Below, piece by piece: positions 27,175 to 34,710 of a DNA stretch of 64,000 nt. How positions within the stretch are numbered: the stretch's first letter is position 1; each line of letters begins with the position of its first letter. A model generated the notes under the pieces. It had not been told where the DNA came from. It saw only the letters and a list, made by a program, of their open reading frames with translations, and ran no database searches. The DNA lies in assembly GCA_026391855.1 (NCBI GenBank), contig JAPLDE010000043.1, positions 11,505 through 75,504 on the forward strand. The letters are read 5' to 3'. The position numbers and the translations under genes were made by a program. This stretch comes from Bacteroidota bacterium (GTDB lineage Bacteria > Bacteroidota > Bacteroidia > Bacteroidales > CAIXZF01).

Positions 27175-27825
27175 ATGAATAAAAGATATCTCATTCTTTC
27201 TGCCCTGTTGATCCTTGCCGGTATTGGCCTGGTTATCCTGCCGCAAAAATCGAAGAACAAGGAACTGACCCCGGAAGAGCTCCTGATGGCTATTAAAGAC
27301 CCTTCCCGCTTTGTGAGTACTGATCTTATTACTGATCGCATTATAAAGAAAGACCCTTCACTGGTCATTGTTGATGTGAGGCCGGCGAAAGAGTTCAAGA
27401 TTTTTTCACTGCCCGGGTCGGTCAATATCCCGATGGACTCTCTGTTAAGCGGAGCGTCAATGGCGATCCTTAAACCAGAGGGGAAGGATAAAGTTTTTTG
27501 TTCTGATGATGATATTTTGGCAGATCAAGCCTGGCAAATCTTTAAACGACTGAATATCAGCAATATATTTATTATGAAGACAGGAGTAAACGGGTGGATC
27601 AATACCATTATGAAGGATAATCCTCCGCTTCCGACCGAAGATTCAAGGGCCTATGATCTCTATTCATTCCGTAAAGCAGCCAGACAGTATTTTCAGGGGA
27701 AAGATGCCACTTCTTCTTCCAACCGGCAACAAAATGATAATAAAGACAATCCTGCTGTTCCGAAGAAGGAAAAACTTAACCTTCAGAAGTCAACTAATAC
27801 CAAACCAGCAGGGGGTGGCTGCTGA
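27175..27825 (+). CDS. membrane-anchored rhodanese-homology-domain protein
   Basis: There is an N-terminal TM helix. VIVDVRPAKEFKIFSLPGSVNIP is rhodanese-type. The candidate loop VFCSDDDILADQAW contains Cys but is acidic, so catalytic status is unclear. The C-terminal tail is low complexity and ends in GGGC. Confidence 0.7.
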   Translation: MNKRYLILSALLILAGIGLVILPQKSKNKELTPEELLMAIKDPSRFVSTDLITDRIIKKDPSLVIVDVRPAKEFKIFSLPGSVNIPMDSLLSGASMAILKPEGKDKVFCSDDDILADQAWQIFKRLNISNIFIMKTGVNGWINTIMKDNPPLPTEDSRAYDLYSFRKAARQYFQGKDATSSSNRQQNDNKDNPAVPKKEKLNLQKSTNTKPAGGGC

Positions 27826-27980
27826 TTCCCAATCCCAAATTTCATTTCCCTGTTCCCCGATCCCCGTTCCCCGGTCCCCAATTTCATTTCCCTGATCCCT
27901 GATCCCCGACCCCAAATTCATTTCCCTGTTCCCCGATCCCCGGTCCCCCGTTTCCCATTCCCGACCCCAGTTCCCCTTTT
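27826..27980. repeat. C-rich (minus strand G-rich) compound repeat, about 3 x 42 bp built from TCCCCGA-like units
   Basis: Read directly: aatttcatttccctgttccccgatccccgttccccggtcccc recurs three times with variation. More than 20 C3-5 runs fill the whole convergent spacer. Confidence 0.9.
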
Positions 27981-27993
27981 CGTTTACCACCCA

Positions 27994-28725
27994 TCACCCA
28001 TTTGGAAAAGCAATCAACTTCAAACTAACGATCAATAAAATAACACTCAGTGTGTACTTCAGGGCGACCGGAGTGAATTTCCGGCTTCCCGACCAGGCCC
28101 CGCCCATGGCTCCGAGAAATGCCATCCCTATCCAGGCATAATGCTGAACCGTTAAGTTGGCAAAGAAGGGAAGAATAGCCAATGATCCTGATAATGAATT
28201 AAGAAAGATAAATGCTGCTGAAATGGCTGCAGTTTCTTTGATCCCTGCCCATCTTCTGATCAGCAGTAAGGGAGAAAGGAAGACCCCGCCGCCTATTCCG
28301 ATGATCCCGGAAAGGAACCCGATCAGGACACCCCATCCGGCAGCTTCAAACACCCTGACCGGTTTTGCGACCGGTTCTTCATGAAACCTTACCAACAACC
28401 GGGTAGCAGCAAACAGTAAAGCAATTCCCAGCAGAATCTTGTAAACCAGCGGGTTGATCTGCAGACCCGAACCAAGGAAAGCCATGGGAAAAGAAGTGAT
28501 GGCAAAAGGAAGTAAAATTTTCAGTCTGAAATAACCTTTTGAGTAATAATGTAAAAAGGCGATCATCGAAACAAGGAGGTTCAAGACGAGGGCCGAGGGT
28601 CGCATAACTTCAGGAAGAAAGCCGTATACAGCCATCAGGGCGAGATAGCCCGTTGCACCTCCATGACCTACAGACGAATAAAAGAAAGCGATAATGAATA
28701 TCGCCAGCAGAAAAAACAGATCCAT
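27994..28725 (-). CDS. TauE/SafE (DUF81) family anion permease
   Basis: Start is chosen at MDLFFLLAIFIIAFFYSSVGHGGATGY, the typical family N-terminus. About 8 TM helices. AAAGGAG lies 7 nt upstream of this ATG. Confidence 0.85.
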   Translation of the reverse strand: MDLFFLLAIFIIAFFYSSVGHGGATGYLALMAVYGFLPEVMRPSALVLNLLVSMIAFLHYYSKGYFRLKILLPFAITSFPMAFLGSGLQINPLVYKILLGIALLFAATRLLVRFHEEPVAKPVRVFEAAGWGVLIGFLSGIIGIGGGVFLSPLLLIRRWAGIKETAAISAAFIFLNSLSGSLAILPFFANLTVQHYAWIGMAFLGAMGGAWSGSRKFTPVALKYTLSVILLIVSLKLIAFPNG

Positions 28726-28730
28726 TGTTG

Positions 28731-28840
28731 TCTCCTTTCCAATTTGGTTATTTACCGCGGGGGGCAGCACTGTTTCCGGTGCTACTCATCGGCCTTGCAT
28801 TCATAGGTTCTCACCGTTAGAAGGGAAGGCTCGGAGATTT
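28731..28840 (-). ncRNA. candidate Moco (molybdenum cofactor) riboswitch in the TauE-like leader
   Basis: The minus-strand RNA reads AAAUCUCCGAGCC...AAGGCC...AGCACCGGAAACAGUGCU...GGAAAGGAGA. UCUCC can pair with GGAGA, sequestering the SD-like AAAGGAG. Nested helices GCCUU/AAGGC, UUCU/AGAA and AGCAC/GUGCU are possible. CUCCGAGCC and AAAGGAG match my recollection of conserved Moco-motif blocks. This has not been verified by a covariance model. Confidence 0.4.
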
Positions 28841-28875
28841 AATTGACAATTGACAATTAATAATTAATAATTAAC
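28841..28875. repeat. heptamer tandem array (AATTGAC x2, AATTAAT x2, AATTAAC)
   Basis: Read directly. It lies between the mobA stop and the structured leader. Confidence 0.9.
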
Positions 28876-28889
28876 ATGTTTGGACAAAA

Positions 28890-29480
28890 TTAGATGGAAT
28901 TGCTTAATAAGGCAAGGTCTTCCGGAAAATTTATGCTTTTAAAATACAGGGGATGCCAGTCAGGAAAATCTTCACGGACCCTGAGTTTTTGAATGGGTAT
29001 TGAATGAAGTAAGTCGGGAAGCTTATAATTCTCATTATCAATGAATTCAGCCATTTTTTCAATCATACTCTTATGATAATATCCCACCAGTGGCTCGAAA
29101 TACATTTCGTCGAGAAAAGGGAGGGCCGCCGGATAATCATTGATCCTCTTTATCACATAGTCAAAGTAAGCAGTATCCACATAAATATTATCAACAGCCA
29201 TGACCAGGTTAAAGGCTGTTTGTGAGGCCAGCAGGCTGCTGTATAACCCCATCATCGGGCCTTTACCTCTTACCAGATCGGGTACCGGAATTGCACCGGA
29301 AAGCGGGTAGCCGGGGTTATTGGTGCTGATGAGGATAGTTCCGGTGAGCGGGCGCAAAACCTGTAATGCTCTCTCTGCCAGTGTGATGCCTTTATAAATC
29401 AGCAATCCTTTATCGGTCCCCAGGCGGCTGCTTTTCCCACCTGCCAGGATAATTCCGGTAAATAACTCTTTGCTGAACAT
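28890..29480 (-). CDS. mobA: molybdenum cofactor guanylyltransferase
   Basis: The N-terminus GIILAGGKSSRLGTDKGLL is the MobA nucleotide-binding signature. The length is 196 aa. Confidence 0.85.
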   Translation of the reverse strand: MFSKELFTGIILAGGKSSRLGTDKGLLIYKGITLAERALQVLRPLTGTILISTNNPGYPLSGAIPVPDLVRGKGPMMGLYSSLLASQTAFNLVMAVDNIYVDTAYFDYVIKRINDYPAALPFLDEMYFEPLVGYYHKSMIEKMAEFIDNENYKLPDLLHSIPIQKLRVREDFPDWHPLYFKSINFPEDLALLSNSI

Positions 29481-29556
29481 TCATCCCTTATTTCAGCAAA
29501 TCTACTTCGTTTAGTACAGGTACCATCATTTTGCATTATTTCTATTGTGCACTAGG

Positions 29557-29594
29557 TGCCTATTGTGGTTAAATAATTTTTACCACAATAGGCA
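29557..29594. repeat. 13-bp perfect inverted repeat TGCCTATTGTGGT-N12-ACCACAATAGGCA
   Basis: Read directly. It could be a hairpin (terminator or operator) in the 353-bp spacer between the GH65 operon end and the mobA start. Confidence 0.6.
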
Positions 29595-29833
29595 TATAAA
29601 ACACATGGAAAAGTTGATTGATTGTTTTAATTTGCATGGGAATTCTGGTTAAAAAATTAAATTCTATTGATTTTCAGACAATTATAATATCCTGAGGCAT
29701 TTTACTATTTTTGGCCGGGTTACCAGGTTCATACACTCTGTTTCCTTCGTTTTAAGGAAGGAAGCTTCGCGATGGATGATCGTCCACGAACATGAATCGT
29801 GGAAGAACAGTTAAGAATGGTATACACGGGTTA

Positions 29834-32800
29834 TCAGTACTGGATCACTGACTCGGTATCCGCCTGAAGATCAAATGATTTCCCGTTTACAGTGATGCTT
29901 GCGTTTTTATCAGCCGTTGCCGTGAGGGATTCCCCGGCTATTTTCAGCTGGTAGGCTACTCCCCTGAAGGTTAATTTGCAACTAATTGATTTCCAGGCAG
30001 GAGGAAGATTTGGAGATAAACTGAGGACAGGGCCATTCACGTTGATGCCGGCATAGGTCGATAAGGCGATCTGTATCGTTCCGCCCATGACCCCGGCGTG
30101 GATGCCTTCTGCCGTGGTTCCACCCTGGATATCGTAATAGTCGCTGGAAAGCGCTTCACAGTATAATTCCCAGCTCATGTCCATGTTGCCTGCGAGGGCT
30201 GCCAGGCGGGCGTGAACGATGCGGCTCAGGGTACTTCCATGAGAGGTGCGTTTGAAATAGTATTCGAGATTTCTTTGCAGATAATCTGCAGGTAGCTGGT
30301 AATCAAGTTGTTGTATTAAAGCATCGACGGTAGTTTTGTCGAGGTTGTAGAACACCATGAGCATATCAGCCTGTTTGGCAACTTTATATTCATCCGGGGA
30401 TTTACCTTCCGTTTTAAGGATACGGTCCATACGGTAGATATTACCGTATGTTTCACGGTAGTATTCCCAGTCAAGTTCTTTTAAGTCGAAATATCCCTCG
30501 TATTGGGCAATGATACCCTCTTTACTGAGGGAAAGCCCAAGTTTACGGGAGATTTTCATCCATTGATCAGTTTCTTCCTCAACCAGACCTATTCTTTCTG
30601 TTACTTCCAGCCTGTCATCCCCCAGTATTTCCAGTATATCCTTTGCCCGGGCAAAGGCCCAGGCAACCATGAGGTTGGTATATGCATTATTGGTTAGTCC
30701 TCCCTGAGCTGAGCCTGGATATTGTTCATGGAATTCATCGGGGCCCATCACTTCAGGTATGTCGTAGCGTCCTGATTTTTCATTCCACACGGTTTTACTG
30801 GCCCAGAAACGGCATATTTCAAGAAACAATTCTGCACCATAATCCTTCAGAAACTCTCCATCGTTGGTTATATGGAAGTATTGCCAGACATTGCAGGCGA
30901 TAGCCAGGGAGACATGGCGTTGCAGGCAGCTGTGGTCGGGGTCCCATAGTCCTGACAGGGGGTTGAGATGGATTACCTGGGTTTCCTCCCTTCCGTCAGA
31001 CCCGCTTTGCCAGGGAAACATGGCACCCAGGTAACCATTGGCCGCAGCATATTCCCTTGCCTTGTCCAGCCTGCGGTAACGGTACATCAGCATCGACCGG
31101 GCTACCTCAGGGAAATTCAGGTCATAAACCGGCAAAATGAAGATCTCATCCCAGAAGATATGGCCCCGGTAGGCTTCTCCATGAAGTCCGCGGGCAGTGA
31201 TACCGGCATCGATTCGGCAGTTGTTGGGCGACATTGAAACGATCAGGTGATACAGGTGAAGGCGAAGCAATTTCTGTGAGGATCGGTCATTCCCAACCCT
31301 GATATCCATTTTGTTCCACAATTCTTCCCAGTTGTTGTAGCTGATCTCACGGAAATCGACATAGTCGAAATGTCCTGATACTGCCTTGATGGCTGCTTCA
31401 AGCGGTTCAGGTTCATCATCCGGTTTTGAGGTATAGATCCCGACCCTTTTTATCATGGCGTATGAGATCCCCTGTCTGACCTCGAAGCTAAGCGTGCCAT
31501 AGACAGCATCCTCCTGAATTTCAGGCAGTAAGCTCATGGTGAAACGCAGGCCGTCCTTGTAAAAATAGTGATTGGAGGCCTCAGCGATCATTACCCCGGA
31601 CTGGCTGGTCACCACCACCAGTGAAAGAAGGTTTCCTTTGGCGTGGGCTTTAATAGGTACAATATGATGCTGGTTGAGTGATTTATATCGTTCTACATTT
31701 CCATTAACGACATTACCGTTCAAGCCGGTGCGGAAGGTAATTTTTCCGCTATAATTCAGCGGTGTGACCGAATACCTGAGGGCAGCCAGGTGAGGGTCGT
31801 TCATGGAAACCAGACGCTCGGAACTGATATGGGTTTCACGGCCTTTGTCGTCCCTGACCACCAGGTAACGCCTCAACAGACCGCTGTACAGGTTAAGCCG
31901 GCGTTCAACAGAAAGGATGGTGGTTGTGTTTATGTCGAACCAATCATCGTCATCTATTTTAAAAGTCAGGCAAAGCCAGTTGGGGATATTCACAAAATCT
32001 TCATTTTCCACGTCATGGCCGGCAACGGGTGTAATCAGCCTGTTATAGAGCCCGGCGATGTAGGTGCCCGGGTAGTTGATCCCGCTGGCATTGTTTTCTT
32101 CCATGGCTCCGCGGGTGCCGAGATAACCGTTTCCTACAGTCAGAAGGGCTTCACGGGTACCTTCTTTTTCGGGTTCATAGGAGTGGTAAGTGATCCACCA
32201 GTTTTCACGGTCCAGGTCTTTGGCGAACCAATGATTGATGCGGTCAAATCCCGAATCGATCATATCCGTAACCACATAGTCGGCACCATTGAGAAGCAGT
32301 TCGTGTGAATTTTCTTCGCGGGCGATACCGATCACCAGGCCGAAATTTCCTGAGTGTCCGGCAGCAACCCCTGAAACGGCGTCTTCCACCACAACGGACC
32401 GGGCCGGTTCGGAGTTCAGGTTATAACAGGCGGTAAGAAAGATATCGGGGGCTGGTTTGCCCTGAAGTCCTTTTTCAGCGGAAACAATACCATCCACAAT
32501 GGTTTCTACCAGGGGCATCAGCCCGGCAGCTTCAAGGACGGTCCGGCAATTCTTGCTTGAAGAAGCAACACCTATTCGAACGCCTTTCTTACGGAGGGTT
32601 TTCATCAGGGCTACCGTTGAATCATATACCTTAACGCCTTCCTGCCGGAGTACCTCGTTGAAAGCACTGTTTTTCCTGTTGCCCAGTCCGCAGATGGTTT
32701 CCTGTTTCTCTTCATCTGAGGGATCACCGAACGGAATATGAATTCCCCTTGATTCCAGGAAGGAGCTTACCCCGTCATAGCGGGGCTTACCGTCGACATA

Positions 32801-32980
32801 TTTCAGGTAATCCTGCTCATGCGAAAATTCCCGGAAAGGTTCTCCATGGCTGACTTCCCTTTTCCACAGGTAGCTGTCGAACATCTTTTTCCAGGCTTGG
32901 CTGTGTACCAGGGCAGTTTGAGTGATCACCCCATCCAGGTCGAAAATCACTGCATCAAATTGTGGTGTTGTTTCTTTCAT
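29834..32980 (-). CDS. fusion protein: beta-phosphoglucomutase (HAD) + glycoside hydrolase family 65 phosphorylase (maltose/kojibiose/trehalose type)
   Basis: The N-terminal HAD motifs are FDLDGVITQT, VASSS, GKPAPDIF and VEDAVSG. About 800 aa of GH65 architecture follow, with GHIFWDEIF at the catalytic acid region. Confidence 0.9.
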   Translation of the reverse strand: MKETTPQFDAVIFDLDGVITQTALVHSQAWKKMFDSYLWKREVSHGEPFREFSHEQDYLKYVDGKPRYDGVSSFLESRGIHIPFGDPSDEEKQETICGLGNRKNSAFNEVLRQEGVKVYDSTVALMKTLRKKGVRIGVASSSKNCRTVLEAAGLMPLVETIVDGIVSAEKGLQGKPAPDIFLTACYNLNSEPARSVVVEDAVSGVAAGHSGNFGLVIGIAREENSHELLLNGADYVVTDMIDSGFDRINHWFAKDLDRENWWITYHSYEPEKEGTREALLTVGNGYLGTRGAMEENNASGINYPGTYIAGLYNRLITPVAGHDVENEDFVNIPNWLCLTFKIDDDDWFDINTTTILSVERRLNLYSGLLRRYLVVRDDKGRETHISSERLVSMNDPHLAALRYSVTPLNYSGKITFRTGLNGNVVNGNVERYKSLNQHHIVPIKAHAKGNLLSLVVVTSQSGVMIAEASNHYFYKDGLRFTMSLLPEIQEDAVYGTLSFEVRQGISYAMIKRVGIYTSKPDDEPEPLEAAIKAVSGHFDYVDFREISYNNWEELWNKMDIRVGNDRSSQKLLRLHLYHLIVSMSPNNCRIDAGITARGLHGEAYRGHIFWDEIFILPVYDLNFPEVARSMLMYRYRRLDKAREYAAANGYLGAMFPWQSGSDGREETQVIHLNPLSGLWDPDHSCLQRHVSLAIACNVWQYFHITNDGEFLKDYGAELFLEICRFWASKTVWNEKSGRYDIPEVMGPDEFHEQYPGSAQGGLTNNAYTNLMVAWAFARAKDILEILGDDRLEVTERIGLVEEETDQWMKISRKLGLSLSKEGIIAQYEGYFDLKELDWEYYRETYGNIYRMDRILKTEGKSPDEYKVAKQADMLMVFYNLDKTTVDALIQQLDYQLPADYLQRNLEYYFKRTSHGSTLSRIVHARLAALAGNMDMSWELYCEALSSDYYDIQGGTTAEGIHAGVMGGTIQIALSTYAGINVNGPVLSLSPNLPPAWKSISCKLTFRGVAYQLKIAGESLTATADKNASITVNGKSFDLQADTESVIQY

Positions 32981-34668
32981 ATTTCAATCCATCTAAAACC
33001 GTAGGCTTCAATAGTTTTTACATTATCATGATCAAGGATCTCCCGTCCTGACAGGATTTCCGGCCGAAGATCCAGCGATATCGGCTGGCTGGTCATGTTA
33101 TGAATGATGATCAGTTTTTGATCTCCGTATTCACGGCGGAAGGCCAGCAATGATCCGCCGGAAGTGCCCTTCATCTCTCTGAAAGAGATTTTTCCCCGGC
33201 CAAAGACCTTATAAAGACTACGTGTACGAAGCATCTTTCTCAGTTTACCATAGACCTGGTTTTCAAGGCTGGACGGATTACTGAGCGCTTCCCCGACCTG
33301 TGACCAGTTTATCCGGCCTCTTACCAGGAAACGGGTGTCATCCTTGCCTGTCATCGTTATCATTTCATGGTAATAGGCTTCATCATTGGTTTTCCCGAAT
33401 TCATCCCCATAGTAGATCACTGGTGTTCCCGGTAAGGTAAGGATGATCGAGCAGGCGAGCAGTATCTTTCGCGGGTCGCGCTCCATCAGTTCCGAAAGCC
33501 GTGCTGAGATTCCTTCTCCCATCCTGAAATTCCATAAGGGCTGATGGCAGTATTGGTCATGGATATATTTTCTTTCTTCTTCCGAAACATACACCAGTTC
33601 CAGACTAAGTTCGTCGTGGCAGCGGAGGAAGGTGAACCACTGGCAGTTTTCCGGTATAGTTGGAGTGAAGTTCTCAGACAAGGTCTCTTCGATGGGTTTT
33701 CCGCTTTGCATGGCAATGGATTTGAAGATACGCGGCATGAGCGGGAAATGATAAGCGGCATGACATTCGTCGCCCTCACCGAGGTAGGAGACCACTTCTG
33801 CGGGTTTCTGGCAGGCCTCGGCCAGCAGCAATGTTCCGGGTTTGACATGATCGAGCAAAGCCCTGAAGAATTTCACTGCTACATGGGTGTTTGTAAGGTT
33901 CTCACAATCTGTATTCTCCTCCTTCCACAGGTAAGGTATGGCATCTGCACGGAAACCGTCCACTCCCATATGCTGCCAGTACAAGAGGTTACGGCACATC
34001 GAAAAGAGTACCTCCGGGTTATGGTAGTTCAGGTCGGGCTGGAAACTGAAAAAACGATGAAAGTAATATTCCTCTCCACAGGCTTCCCAGTTGGATGTTT
34101 CAATGCCTTTAAAGATGATGCGTGCCTTTTGATATAGTGTGGTATCTTTACTCCAGATATAATACTGCCGGTAAGGATTGGAGGTGGATTTTACTGCTTC
34201 CCGGAACCAGGGATGCTGGTCGGAGGTATGGTTGATGGCAATATCGAAGATAACCCTGATATTTCTCCGGTGTGCTTCTTCCAGAAAGGCAGGGAATGCT
34301 TCAGGAACTAATTCGGGCCTGATATCCAGGTAGTCTCTTATGTCGAAACCCGCATCGCGCATAGGGGAATCCAGCACAGGCAGCAGCCAGAGGCATGTCA
34401 CTCCCAGGTCCTCCAGATATTCCAGCTTGTTTGTCAGCCCGGGCAGGTCTTCATTAAACAGGTCCACGTAAAGCGAATACACTACCGCATCTTTATACCA
34501 GGTAACATCAGTTTTATCAGAAATTTCCGCGGAGTGAAGGAATTCAACGCTCTTCAGGAAATCGGTCAGGAGCCGGTTTGATACGTCCGGATAGAGTAGC
34601 TTCCAATATGCCAGTAATTTTTCTTTGTTTTCCACGAAGTCAAAAGTAAACAAAAGAAGCCGCCACAA
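32977..34668 (-). CDS. GH13 alpha-amylase-family enzyme, trehalose synthase/amylosucrase-like
   Basis: GH13 regions: I FDIAINHTS, II GVDGFRADAIPYLWK, III LLLAEA, IV FLRCHDELSLE. It shows ATGA overlap with the GH65 fusion gene. Confidence 0.8.
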   Translation of the reverse strand: MWRLLLFTFDFVENKEKLLAYWKLLYPDVSNRLLTDFLKSVEFLHSAEISDKTDVTWYKDAVVYSLYVDLFNEDLPGLTNKLEYLEDLGVTCLWLLPVLDSPMRDAGFDIRDYLDIRPELVPEAFPAFLEEAHRRNIRVIFDIAINHTSDQHPWFREAVKSTSNPYRQYYIWSKDTTLYQKARIIFKGIETSNWEACGEEYYFHRFFSFQPDLNYHNPEVLFSMCRNLLYWQHMGVDGFRADAIPYLWKEENTDCENLTNTHVAVKFFRALLDHVKPGTLLLAEACQKPAEVVSYLGEGDECHAAYHFPLMPRIFKSIAMQSGKPIEETLSENFTPTIPENCQWFTFLRCHDELSLELVYVSEEERKYIHDQYCHQPLWNFRMGEGISARLSELMERDPRKILLACSIILTLPGTPVIYYGDEFGKTNDEAYYHEMITMTGKDDTRFLVRGRINWSQVGEALSNPSSLENQVYGKLRKMLRTRSLYKVFGRGKISFREMKGTSGGSLLAFRREYGDQKLIIIHNMTSQPISLDLRPEILSGREILDHDNVKTIEAYGFRWIEI

Positions 34669-34710
34669 AAAATGAAGAGGCGGCTTCTTTCAATAAAAAA
34701 CGATCAAAAA

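Noticed and set aside
27790-27990. A 66-aa minus-strand ORF rich in G/D/R/E/N (GDRGSGNRE...).
   Set aside because: It is the translation of the G-rich strand of the compound repeat. It overlaps the rhodanese-gene 3' end and gives no independent support for coding.
7553-29480. The redox/sulfur block as a horizontally acquired genomic island or mobile element.
   Set aside because: No integrase, transposase, tRNA attachment site or flanking direct repeats were seen. Only local AT-rich patches (17.3-18.9 kb) hint at rearrangement. Mobility is not supported by the window alone.
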